Program-made: the position numbers and the translations under genes
Origin: Nitrospirota bacterium
Lineage (GTDB): Bacteria > Nitrospirota > UBA9217
Length of the DNA stretch: 64,000 bases
Direction of reading: 5' to 3'
Assembly (NCBI GenBank): GCA_963845065.1
Contig: CAWJQQ010000008.1
Coordinates: 288,001 to 352,000 of the forward strand
In this document: one piece after another, positions 31,259 to 41,108 of the stretch
Position numbering within the stretch: position 1 is the first letter of the stretch
Layout: each line of letters opens with the position of its first letter
The notes under the pieces: model-generated
Databases searched by the model: none
The model's input: the letters and a program-made list of their open reading frames with translations, nothing else
Told to the model about the DNA's origin: nothing

Positions 31259-31475
31259 GCAAAACACAATTGATATTCATGCAGTACGATATTTTCGAGA
31301 AGTTCATGAAAGAAATAACGTAACCAAGCGGGGCAGACTGAGAAAAAGACACGCTTTTGAGACCATGGTTCCAGGCTTCCTCCCTGCAAGCGGGATGCGC
31401 GGGACCAGAAGTTAATGTTTTTTTTAATCTCGGGAATTTGCATAGTTAGCGGATAACAACAAAACAGAGGGTTTA

Positions 31476-32825
31476 ATGTCGAAGAGCATACTGATTGTAG
31501 AAGATGAAGAGACCTTGCGGGAGTCCATCAGGCGGATCTTCACAAAAGAAGGGTACGCCGTTGATGGCGCGGAGTCTGCCGAAAAGGCCCTCTTGCTGTT
31601 AGAGACGAGTGTGTATGACGTGATCATCTCGGACATCATCCTTCCTGGCATGGACGGCATCGAAATGCTCACGCGGATACGCGAGCAGATCCCGGACCAG
31701 ATCCTTATCGTGGTGACCGCCTACGCGTCACTCGACACATCGGTAAAGGCGCTTCGTGCCGGGGCCTATGATTACATCATGAAGCCCATCATCCACGAGG
31801 AGATCAAGCAGATCGTCCGGAACGCGTTGCGCCAAAAGAGCCTACAGGCCGAGAACGTGCTGCTCAAGCGAGAGATCGGGAAGGATTATGACTTCAGTAG
31901 CATCATCGGCGAGACGCCTTCACTGAAGGCGATCCTCGACGAAGTGAAAAAGATCACGGACACGAAAAGCACTGTGTTGCTCCTCGGCGAAACCGGCACG
32001 GGCAAAGAGCTTTTCGCCCGCGTTATTCACCATAACAGCGCGCGCCGTGACATGCCTTTTGTTCCGATCAACTGTTCTGCCATCCCCGAGACCCTTCTTG
32101 AGACCGAGCTTTTTGGTCACGTGCGCGGCGCTTTTACGGGGGCCGTTGCAACCAAGAAAGGCATTCTGGAAGAGGCCGAAGGCGGGACGGTATTCCTCGA
32201 TGAGATCGGCGATATGAGCATGGCGCTCCAGGCAAAGTTGCTTCGAGTCATCGAGGACCAGATTATCCGGCCTGTGGGCAGTACGAAGGGGACAAAGGTC
32301 GACATCAGACTGGTTTCGGCTACCAACAAAGATCTGAAGGCCGCAGTCCGTGCAGGGACATTCCGTGAAGACCTCTATTACCGTATCAACGTGATTGCCC
32401 TCCAGATTCCTCCGTTGCGAGAACGTAAGGAAGACATTGAAGCGCTGGTCCGGCACTATCTTGGGCAGTACGCGAACGACCTGAAGAAGCCGATGAAAGA
32501 AATATCTCCCGAAGCCATGGATGTCCTGGTGAATTACGAGTGGGCGGGGAATGTGCGTGAACTCCAGAACGTGATGGAGCGGGCCATCCTCATCTCTGAC
32601 GGCGACCTGATCAGGCCCGAACACTTGCCCGGCAGCATAAAAGACCTGGCATCGTTCCATCATCAAGCCTTTGACCAGAAACTCTCGATTGAGGACTATA
32701 CCAAGGCATTTATTCTCCGGTACCAGCTGGACTATAATGAACAACAGCTCGCAGATATGCTTGGGATCACGCGTAAGTCGCTTTGGGAAAAACGAAAAAA
32801 ATGGGGTATCCCGAAAGAGCGGTAG
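31476..32825 (+). CDS. Sigma54-dependent response regulator, CbrB/NtrC-like
   Basis: REC, GETGTGKE, GAFTGA, WAGNVREL, HTH LGITRKSLWEKRKK. Confidence 0.93.
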   Translation: MSKSILIVEDEETLRESIRRIFTKEGYAVDGAESAEKALLLLETSVYDVIISDIILPGMDGIEMLTRIREQIPDQILIVVTAYASLDTSVKALRAGAYDYIMKPIIHEEIKQIVRNALRQKSLQAENVLLKREIGKDYDFSSIIGETPSLKAILDEVKKITDTKSTVLLLGETGTGKELFARVIHHNSARRDMPFVPINCSAIPETLLETELFGHVRGAFTGAVATKKGILEEAEGGTVFLDEIGDMSMALQAKLLRVIEDQIIRPVGSTKGTKVDIRLVSATNKDLKAAVRAGTFREDLYYRINVIALQIPPLRERKEDIEALVRHYLGQYANDLKKPMKEISPEAMDVLVNYEWAGNVRELQNVMERAILISDGDLIRPEHLPGSIKDLASFHHQAFDQKLSIEDYTKAFILRYQLDYNEQQLADMLGITRKSLWEKRKKWGIPKER

Positions 32826-32961
32826 CTTGCTTACTCACAGTGTAGAGTTCACGATCAGCGTACAGAACATTTTTCTGGGCGAAGACTTCATGTGAGAAAG
32901 CCTGTTACGCTGTGAACTTTGAATTCAGGATTATGAACGATATACGATATTAGGAGCAACT

Positions 32962-34575
32962 GTGTCCCTGAAGAAAAAAATAGCCCTCAGTTTTTTTATT
33001 AGCGCTTTCATCATCGCTATCCTTGCGGTGTTCGAATCTGTGAACTTTATCGAGATCAAGAAGGAGATCCAGTATCTCGAGATCACCGATACGCTCAGTC
33101 GTAAATCGCTTCAGCTCCAGCGCCACGAAAAAAACTATATCCTGTACAGCCCTCAAAAGGCATCCGAGGAATCTGCTTGCGTGCATATATATCTCAACGA
33201 ATTGAAAGGCATTCTGATTCAAAACCCTGACATAGATCGGGCGGAGCAGCTTTCCCTGCGCGAGCGTATCAACGAGTTCGATCGCCGCTTCACCAAGATC
33301 GAGTCAGAGACAAAAAACGTGTCTCTGGCATTCCAGAACGTCAGAACACCAAACCGGACAAATAGGTACGTCCTCGCTCACGTCGAGTCCACGTTCTTGG
33401 AGCGTCCGGCTCAAACGTCTGACTTCCTCGCAAAGGAGTTCCTGCTTCCACGGTTTCATCCCCTCATCATCGAGCTGCACGAACTCGATACTGACATCAT
33501 ATCACTGAGGAAGACCGGCGAAGATATTCTGGAGCAATTGAAGGACCTTGACAGTGTCGCCCGGAAGAAAATTGAAACCGCGATATACGTTTCACAGATC
33601 GCCATCCTTATTTTTTCCCCGCTTTTTTTTGTCGTGGGTATCGGCATGCTATTTTTTATCACCACGAACGTGGTCAAAAGACTAATGCTCCTGATAACCG
33701 TGGTGGAAAAGACCGGCAAGGGTTCCTATCCACACCTTGCCGTTGCCGCTAACCGCAAGAATGCCGATGATGAGGTGGGTCTCCTGATCGACAAGTTTAA
33801 CAACATGGAAGACCAGCTCGCCCGTCACGAAGAGGAGCTTGAGCGTAAGAACAAGGAACTGATGCAGACAAAAAAACTTGCGGCCATCGGCACATTGGCA
33901 TCCGGAGTGGCGCATGAATTGAACAATCCACTGAACAATATTTACCTTTCTGCCCAGGTATTGGCCCGCGAAGCCGGCGGCGATTGCTCGTCCGAAGCAA
34001 AAGAGGTCATGCTCGACATCCTGGACCAATCGGAGCGCGTGAAGCGGATCGTGAGCCAACTCCTGGAGTTTGCAAGAGGGAAGGAGCCGCAAATAAGAGA
34101 CGTCGATTTGCGCGAGCTGATTACTGATACCTACCGTCACCTCGGCAGTTCCCGGAACCTTGAGAACATTCGGTTTTCAAGCAATTTTGATCCGCCATCA
34201 ATCTTCCTATCCGCTGATGCGGGCCAGATGGAGCAGGTATTTACGAACCTGTTTGCGAACGCCGTGGATGCCATGCGGCTGCAGGGCGAATTGACGGTCC
34301 ATGCGAGACAGGAAACCGATGTAACTGTTATTACAATTTCGGACACGGGCAGGGGCGTTCCCCGGGAATTTCAGGACAAGATCTTCGAGCCTTTCTTTAC
34401 GACCAAAGACAAAGGCACAGGCCTTGGTCTTTCGATTGTGTATAATATCATCAAGAAACACAACGGCGACATCATTCTCGAGAGCGAAGCAGACAAGGGT
34501 ACGACGTTCACTATTACTCTTCCATCTAGAACCGTAAACAGGCTGGATGCGCTAGTGAGCTCCGGCAAAATATAG
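32962..34575 (+). CDS. Membrane sensor histidine kinase (HAMP)
   Basis: Two TM segments, LQRHEKNYILY, DEVG, AHELNNPL, GTGLGL. Confidence 0.9.
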   Translation: MSLKKKIALSFFISAFIIAILAVFESVNFIEIKKEIQYLEITDTLSRKSLQLQRHEKNYILYSPQKASEESACVHIYLNELKGILIQNPDIDRAEQLSLRERINEFDRRFTKIESETKNVSLAFQNVRTPNRTNRYVLAHVESTFLERPAQTSDFLAKEFLLPRFHPLIIELHELDTDIISLRKTGEDILEQLKDLDSVARKKIETAIYVSQIAILIFSPLFFVVGIGMLFFITTNVVKRLMLLITVVEKTGKGSYPHLAVAANRKNADDEVGLLIDKFNNMEDQLARHEEELERKNKELMQTKKLAAIGTLASGVAHELNNPLNNIYLSAQVLAREAGGDCSSEAKEVMLDILDQSERVKRIVSQLLEFARGKEPQIRDVDLRELITDTYRHLGSSRNLENIRFSSNFDPPSIFLSADAGQMEQVFTNLFANAVDAMRLQGELTVHARQETDVTVITISDTGRGVPREFQDKIFEPFFTTKDKGTGLGLSIVYNIIKKHNGDIILESEADKGTTFTITLPSRTVNRLDALVSSGKI

Positions 34576-34665
34576 CCGCTTTTCTCGGTGAGCCCGACGA
34601 GGTTGGAACCCGTGGCTTCACATTTTATGGTCATTGTAGCATGACCTGGGCAGGTACGATAATAT

Positions 34666-35997
34666 ATGACATTTAAGATACTGATAGCCGAAGACGAGGA
34701 AATTACTCTCAAACACTTGACCAACGCCCTCCAGAAGGAGGGCTACGTGACAAACGGCACTCGCAACGGTCAAGATGCATTTCAGCAGATCGAGGACGAT
34801 CACTTCGACCTGCTGATCACCGATATCAGGATGCCCGGGATGAGTGGTTTGGAGCTTCTTGATAAGATCAAGGAGCGGCAGGCCGACATGGAGGTGATTG
34901 TTATTACTGGCTTCGGCAGCATCAGTTCTGTGGTTGAGGCTATGAAAAAAGGAGCCTACGATTACGTAACGAAGCCATTCAACCTCGATGAGCTTCTGCT
35001 CAAGGTCAAGAAAATCCGTGAACAGCGCGACCTGAAGAAGGAGAATATTGCGCTCAAGGCTTTTGCCGGTGCCGACAAAAAGGTGTCGATCATTGCGACG
35101 AGCGCAAGCATGCATCATATCCTCGGCATCATCGAAGGCATGAAGGAGTCGGACTGCAACGTGCTGTTGACGGGCGAGACCGGTGTGGGCAAAAGCCTTC
35201 TGGCCAAGATCATCCACTATACGAGCAGACGGCAGGGCATGCCATTTCTTTCGATTAACTGCGCGACATTGACCGAAGAACTTTTGGCGAGCGAACTCTT
35301 CGGCCATGAAAAGGGCGCCTTCACCGGCGCGATCAAGACTAAACAGGGGCTCGTGGAGATTGCTGACACGGGTACGCTGTTTCTGGACGAGATCGCCGAG
35401 ATGGCGTCGAGCCTCCAGGCAAAACTTCTCAAGGTGATCGAAGAAGGCGAGTTCTACCGTGTGGGCGGGACCAAGCCGATCAAGGTAGACGTTCGGTTCA
35501 TCGCCGCCACGAACCAGAACGTGCGCACTGTGATAGCCGAAGGTAGGTTCCGCGAGGATTTGTATTATCGATTGAACATTATGGAAATATTCATACCGCC
35601 ACTGCGTGACCGTAGAGACGACATCACGCCGCTTTGCAGCTATTTTTTGGAAAAGCACCTGCCGAGTTCCCGCAAGAAAATCACAGGGTTCACAAAAGAA
35701 TCGATGGACGTACTAATGCACTACAGTTATCCCGGCAACGTACGTGAATTGGAAAATATCGTCGAGCGAGCTATTATTCTAGAAAAAAATAGTCTTATCA
35801 CGCCCGAATGCCTGCCGCAGACGATCAAAATGTTTCAGATCGAGACCATCGAACCGGACAAAATCAAGACCCTCGAAGAGCTGAGCAAGGACTATGTTGA
35901 GAAGGTAACCGATATGCTCGGTGGCAACAAGTCAAGAGCCGCCGAAGTCCTTGGCATTTCGCGGACTAGCCTGTGGCGAATCTTGAAAGACGAGTAA
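34666..35997 (+). CDS. Sigma54-dependent response regulator (NtrC family)
   Basis: REC, GETGVGKS, GAFTGA, YPGNVRELEN, Fis-type HTH. Confidence 0.93.
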   Translation: MTFKILIAEDEEITLKHLTNALQKEGYVTNGTRNGQDAFQQIEDDHFDLLITDIRMPGMSGLELLDKIKERQADMEVIVITGFGSISSVVEAMKKGAYDYVTKPFNLDELLLKVKKIREQRDLKKENIALKAFAGADKKVSIIATSASMHHILGIIEGMKESDCNVLLTGETGVGKSLLAKIIHYTSRRQGMPFLSINCATLTEELLASELFGHEKGAFTGAIKTKQGLVEIADTGTLFLDEIAEMASSLQAKLLKVIEEGEFYRVGGTKPIKVDVRFIAATNQNVRTVIAEGRFREDLYYRLNIMEIFIPPLRDRRDDITPLCSYFLEKHLPSSRKKITGFTKESMDVLMHYSYPGNVRELENIVERAIILEKNSLITPECLPQTIKMFQIETIEPDKIKTLEELSKDYVEKVTDMLGGNKSRAAEVLGISRTSLWRILKDE

Positions 35998-36099
35998 TTT
36001 CACCGGCTGCTCTTTTCTTTCCAATACTGATAATACACAAGAACGCGGGCAACGGCGCTGATCACAGATGAGAAGCAGTTCGACGGAGAACGCCTGTTT

Positions 36100-38484
36100 A
36101 TGAGAAATACCTATTTATCATTTTACGGAGTCATCATAGCGGTGCTCATGAGCTCGTTAGTGCTGACGTATGCCGTGCATATTGCTTGGGGCAGCCTTTT
36201 TTTTATTAATGAGCCTCTCCATACAACAATTGAAGCATTCGGATCCATTCTTGCGATGGGTGTTTCGTTGATCCTGTTCAGCAAGAATCAGCACTATCGC
36301 ATCCTGAAAAAGAACTTGCTGGCGACAGGCTTTCTTGGAATGGGCATTCTGAATGGTTTTCACTCCGTCTCCAGCTTTGGCCACGGGTTTTTTCTACTTC
36401 CTTGTTTAGCCGGCATTGTCGGCAGCTTATGTTTTGCCCTGTCCTGGCTACCGCACTTCGACGCATACACGAACGAAAAAAAATGGATCCCCTGGACAAT
36501 AGCCGCTGTTAGTGTGATTATCGGCATCTGGGTCATTGGGTTTCAGGAATTGGTCCCAAAAATACTGCACGACGACCAGATTACCACTGTTGCACTAGCA
36601 ATGAATGTCATTGCCGGTGCATTATTTATTGCAGCTACGGGATTTTTTGCACTCGACTTTCATCGGCACGGCAGGTTTGAGTCTTATCTGTTCGCCTGCA
36701 CATTCCTTCTATTTGGTCTTGTAGATATGGAAGTTCCTTTTGCCTCGCTCTGGTATGCCAGCTGGTGGTTTTGGCATTTCCAGCAGCTGGTAGGTTATTT
36801 CATCCTCGGCTATTTTTTATTCCAGATCTACCAGCGTGCGGAAATAGCGCTGCGAGGGAGTGAGGACACGTTCCAAACGATAACAGATACGCTTAAGGAT
36901 GCCATTATCATGATGGATGATGATGAACGGGTATCTTTTTGGAATCCTGCCGCTGAAGAGCTTTTTGGTTATCCATGCCATGAGGCAATCGGTGTGAAGC
37001 TGCATACGCTGATCGTGCCCGAGAGATATATCGATGCTTATCAGCGAGGATTGACTTCATTAAGAGCTGATACGGTTGGCCCTCTCATTGGTAAAACCTT
37101 CGAAATAGAGACTCGTAGAAAAGATGGAACAGAAATTCCCGGCGAACTGTCCTTTTCCGCGGTCCAGATAAAAGGGAAGTGGCATGTGGCAGGCATCATC
37201 CGGGACATCTCGAGACGCAAGTTTGCTGAAGAAGAAGCCAGAGCAGATGAAAGACGCCTGATGAGCCTGGTGAAAATATCCCAGGCGAGAACAGCAACCC
37301 TGCAGGAACTGCTGAATATCTCCCTTGACGAAGTCGTTGCTTTATCGAACAGCAAACTGGGCTATCTTTGCATTTATGATGAAGACAAAAAGGAAATTGT
37401 TTTTCATCGCGCGTGGTCAGACGAGGTGATGAATTCATGCTCGATAGCCGAACCGCCAAAAACCTATCATAATACAGAAATGGGAATATGGGGAGAAGCT
37501 GCCCGTCAACGTATACCTATCATCATAAATAATTTCAATGCATACCATACACTGGAAAAAGGTTTTCCAGAGGGACATCCCTCACTAGACCGGTTCATGA
37601 CGATTCCCATCTTCAACTATGATCGGATTGTTGCAGTCGTCGGTGTTGCGAACAAGGGGAAAGAATATACAGAAGGGGATGTACTGCAGCTCAAGCAAAT
37701 CATGGAGGCCGTATGGACTATCGCCGAACGTAAACTCGCAGAGGAGCGGCTACGCAAGGCCTATGACGAATTAGAAATCCTCGTAGAGGAGCGTACCGCA
37801 AAGTTGTCGACAGTGAACGAGCAGTTGCGAAATCTTTCCGTGTATTTACAAAATACAAGAGAGAATGAGCGGACAATGATCGCCCGCGAAGTCCATGACG
37901 AATTGGGTCAGTCACTGACGGCGCTTAAAATAGATCTCGCTCTTCTAACAAAGAGACTGCCAGCAGACCAAAAGTCCGTCATGGAAAAGGCGGAGTCCAT
38001 GGCCCAGCTTATTGAAATGACGATGCAAAGCGTAAAAAAAATTTCTACGGATCTGCGGCCGGGGATCCTGGATCACCTCGGGCTCTCCGCAGCAATTGAG
38101 TGGCAGGCAGAAGAATTTGAAAAAAGGACCGGCATACCCTGTGCTGCCGTCTTCGAACCGGAGGAAATAGCCCTTGACAAAGACCGTACGACAACCGTGT
38201 TCCGCATTTTTCAGGAAACGCTAACGAACATAGCCCGTCATGCACAGGCAACTGAGGTTTCCGTGAGCCTGAAAAAGTGCTCTGACCGACTGGAGCTTCA
38301 AGTCAAGGATGACGGCAAGGGGATCAGCGAAAAACATGTATCAGATCCTAAGTCCTTAGGGCTCATAGGGATCAGAGAGCGTGTAACCTACTGGGGGGGG
38401 TCGTTGACGATCCATGGCATACATGAAAAAGGTACCACGGTAACCGTACAACTTCCCCTTGAGAACGGGAAGGAGGCGTCTTGA
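36100..38484 (+). CDS. Sensor kinase: membrane domain (MASE3-like), PAS, GAF, HisKA_3, HATPase
   Basis: Polytopic N-terminus, WNPAAE PAS, GAF, IAREVHDELGQ, FRIFQETLTNIARHA. Confidence 0.88.
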   Translation: MRNTYLSFYGVIIAVLMSSLVLTYAVHIAWGSLFFINEPLHTTIEAFGSILAMGVSLILFSKNQHYRILKKNLLATGFLGMGILNGFHSVSSFGHGFFLLPCLAGIVGSLCFALSWLPHFDAYTNEKKWIPWTIAAVSVIIGIWVIGFQELVPKILHDDQITTVALAMNVIAGALFIAATGFFALDFHRHGRFESYLFACTFLLFGLVDMEVPFASLWYASWWFWHFQQLVGYFILGYFLFQIYQRAEIALRGSEDTFQTITDTLKDAIIMMDDDERVSFWNPAAEELFGYPCHEAIGVKLHTLIVPERYIDAYQRGLTSLRADTVGPLIGKTFEIETRRKDGTEIPGELSFSAVQIKGKWHVAGIIRDISRRKFAEEEARADERRLMSLVKISQARTATLQELLNISLDEVVALSNSKLGYLCIYDEDKKEIVFHRAWSDEVMNSCSIAEPPKTYHNTEMGIWGEAARQRIPIIINNFNAYHTLEKGFPEGHPSLDRFMTIPIFNYDRIVAVVGVANKGKEYTEGDVLQLKQIMEAVWTIAERKLAEERLRKAYDELEILVEERTAKLSTVNEQLRNLSVYLQNTRENERTMIAREVHDELGQSLTALKIDLALLTKRLPADQKSVMEKAESMAQLIEMTMQSVKKISTDLRPGILDHLGLSAAIEWQAEEFEKRTGIPCAAVFEPEEIALDKDRTTTVFRIFQETLTNIARHAQATEVSVSLKKCSDRLELQVKDDGKGISEKHVSDPKSLGLIGIRERVTYWGGSLTIHGIHEKGTTVTVQLPLENGKEAS

Positions 38485-39110
38485 TAAAATTGCTGGTGGC
38501 GGACGACCATGCTATCGTTCGAAAAGGCATTGAGCAGATCATCGCGGAAACGACCGACATCGTCGTGGCTGCTGAAGCGCGCAATGGCCAAGAAGCAATG
38601 GAGAAGGCAGCAAAGAACTTTTTTGACCTTGTATTGCTGGATATAGCCATGCCGGGGAGAGACGGCCTTGAAGTCCTAAAAGAGCTCAAAAAACTGCGGC
38701 CGAAACTTGCTGTGCTTATGCTGAGCATGTACCCCGAAGAGCAGTATGCTATTCGTGCATTGCGTTCCGGTGCTTCAGGATATTTAACCAAAGAGAGCGC
38801 GCCTGATGAGTTAATAGCCGCCATAAGAAAAGTATCGTCGGGCGGTAAATACATCAGTTCCTCGCTTGCCGAGAAGATTGCCCACAAACTCGGGAATCAT
38901 CCAGACACGCCGCTTCATGAGCAGCTTTCCGACCGCGAGTACCAGATTTTGATCAAGCTTGCCCGAGGGAAAACACTCACCGAGATCGCAGACGAGCTTG
39001 CGTTAAGTATAAAGACAATCAGTACGTATCGGGCACGATTGCTCTTAAAAATGAATATGAAAAGTAATGCGGAGATTACACGATATGCCATTGAGAACAA
39101 ACTCGTGTAA
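38481..39110 (+). CDS. NarL/UvrY-GacA family response regulator
   Basis: ADDHAIVR, LDIAMPG, LSDREYQ..IA..L.LS.KTISTYR. Confidence 0.93.
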   Translation: MIKLLVADDHAIVRKGIEQIIAETTDIVVAAEARNGQEAMEKAAKNFFDLVLLDIAMPGRDGLEVLKELKKLRPKLAVLMLSMYPEEQYAIRALRSGASGYLTKESAPDELIAAIRKVSSGGKYISSSLAEKIAHKLGNHPDTPLHEQLSDREYQILIKLARGKTLTEIADELALSIKTISTYRARLLLKMNMKSNAEITRYAIENKLV

Positions 39111-39236
39111 ACAATTCCAAAAGATGACATCATGAAACTTTATTGGTGGAGAAACGGACATGTAATAATTACTTCTGTAAACATTCTTCTCCCGAAAATA
39201 TCATTTCTGACTTAAAGTGGAAACACCACCCAAACC

Positions 39237-39277
39237 TTGTAGGAATAGTACCTACAAAAAAAGTAAAATAATCCTAC
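39237..39277 (+). promoter_or_regulatory. Candidate response-regulator operator
   Basis: TTGTAGG-N7-CCTACAA inverted repeat, plus a second CCTAC half-site about 22 bp downstream. Confidence 0.5.
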
Positions 39278-39655
39278 GAAAATATCAGCCTTTTTCATCT
39301 TACCTTTCTCATGACTTTAGGATACACTATATGCAACGAATAGCTCAAGTTGTCACCCATCTGCTTAAATATGTAACCAAAGGTGTGAATTATGCTAAGT
39401 TCTCATTTGATCGGTACACATATTTCCTCTTGCGCTTTAGACAAGGCAGTTTACATCCTGAGCTCATTTGAGTTCGAAGACTACTGCAAACCTTACAGAC
39501 TTAAAAAATGTCCCCTTTCTTACTGCAAAGTTCAAGGGACCGATGTGTTCGCACTATTGAGCGATCTGCAAAGGTACCATATTAAGTAACGTTAATATCT
39601 ATCCAACTGGTTGTAGCAGAGCATCACTTACGGCCTCGAGGCGCTGGACATCAGA

Positions 39656-40084
39656 ATGAGCATGAAAAAAATGAATTATTTTCCAGGAACAAAGTGGATT
39701 CTTGTAATGGATACTGATGACATTGCGAGGTCGAACATGCGCTCCATGCTTGAGCAGGTGGGCTACAAAGTATGTTTGGCGGATAACGACGACGAAGTTA
39801 TTGATTGCTATATAGAAGCACAAAGATGCGGTTACCCGTTTGATGCTGTTATAGTCGATCTTCCTGTCCCGAAGGACCAGAGTGACCCGGAAATAATAAT
39901 CAAGCGATTGATCGAATGTGACCCCGATGTGAAGGTTATCGCTAAGAGCGGAACTGGCGCCGATGTCTTTTCAGCTGATCTTGAAAACCTGGGTTTTAAA
40001 GGCATTCTCAAGAGGCCGCTCACAAGTGGGTCATTAGAGCAAACCGTTCACTCTGTAATCAACACTGAAAGTCGTTACCAATAA
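39656..40084 (+). CDS. Stand-alone receiver domain protein
   Basis: ILVMD.D, PFDAVIVDL (phospho-Asp), degenerate KRP. Confidence 0.75.
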   Translation: MSMKKMNYFPGTKWILVMDTDDIARSNMRSMLEQVGYKVCLADNDDEVIDCYIEAQRCGYPFDAVIVDLPVPKDQSDPEIIIKRLIECDPDVKVIAKSGTGADVFSADLENLGFKGILKRPLTSGSLEQTVHSVINTESRYQ

Positions 40085-40177
40085 ACACCGTTCAAAGCAT
40101 TGTTGGCAACTAGGTTGTTTCAGGCAAGACGAGCGAAAAAAACGGAAGTGAAATTAACTTTAAGGAGGGAATGTGCC

Positions 40178-40366
40178 ATGTATAAGATTGAATTACTTGA
40201 GAGGAAAAGGCTTGAAAAAGGATTGAGTTATACGGAAATTGCGGATAAACTCGGCATCCATAAAGTGACGGTATCGAGAACGCTAAAGGGCGTGACAATG
40301 AAACCGCGTACCGTAAAACAGCTGGCGGACTATCTGAATGTTACAATGGAAAGTATCGTCCAATAA
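40178..40366 (+). CDS. Small XRE/Cro-like HTH protein
   Basis: KGLSYTEIADKLGIHKVTVSR; AAGGAGG RBS. Confidence 0.82.
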   Translation: MYKIELLERKRLEKGLSYTEIADKLGIHKVTVSRTLKGVTMKPRTVKQLADYLNVTMESIVQ

Positions 40367-40398
40367 ACCTCAGTTAAGCACTGGATTCTTGCAAGCGA

Positions 40399-40482
40399 CA
40401 GCCATGTCCTGAGCAATAAAGTTCTCGCCAGACCCGTTGCGTTCAGATGATTACCCCCGGGTCGGAGTTTGGGACATGGCTG
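40399..40482 (+). other. Extended stem-loop (possible structured RNA)
   Basis: 16-bp outer stem CAGCCATGTCCTGAGC/GTTTGGGACATGGCTG with 3 G-U pairs, and an inner GACCCG/CGGGTC stem. Confidence 0.45.
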
Positions 40483-41108
40483 CTGCCAGACTGCCATGAC
40501 CGAAGCCTTTGCAATTCCGCAAGCCCTTGGATTTAACCATGAGTTAGCTTTTTAAAAAAATATTAGCCAAGGATCGCCACGGTCATCCAGAGCAAAATCT
40601 TAGTTTTCAAACATCCCCTGAGTAAGCGTAGGTCACACAAAATCTCTCCGCCACTACTCGCCATCTGTTGTGCTTGTCAAGCTTAAAAATCCCAGAAAAA
40701 AAGGATCTAGCGTGACCGCTTGATTTGCTATGCTGTTGTACTGCCTATGCTTGTCCGAAAACCTCCCCTGAGCGGAAATAAGACTGGTACATACAGGATC
40801 ATTCTGCCTAAAAAATCGAAAATTGTACATGTAGAGAAAGTTCATTATTGGATAGAAACAAAGCACATTCACGTAGCCTGTTGATTTGATAATGATTGTT
40901 TTTTTAACATTGCGTCTTTGACAATTAACGAAGGTCTGCTATATTATACTTATTATATCTTATATTATTATTATTTTAATGGTATGCTATAATACAACGA
41001 AATAATTTCATAATGCAGCCAAGGGGATGCTTTAGGTTTATACGATCGATTAACTTCCGTAGTAACGATATCCATACGCAAAACTACTCTAAACAAAAAC
41101 TTATCACT

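Noticed and set aside
40178..40366. Prophage marked by the Cro-like gene
   Set aside because: No integrase, structural or other phage genes and no att-like repeats nearby
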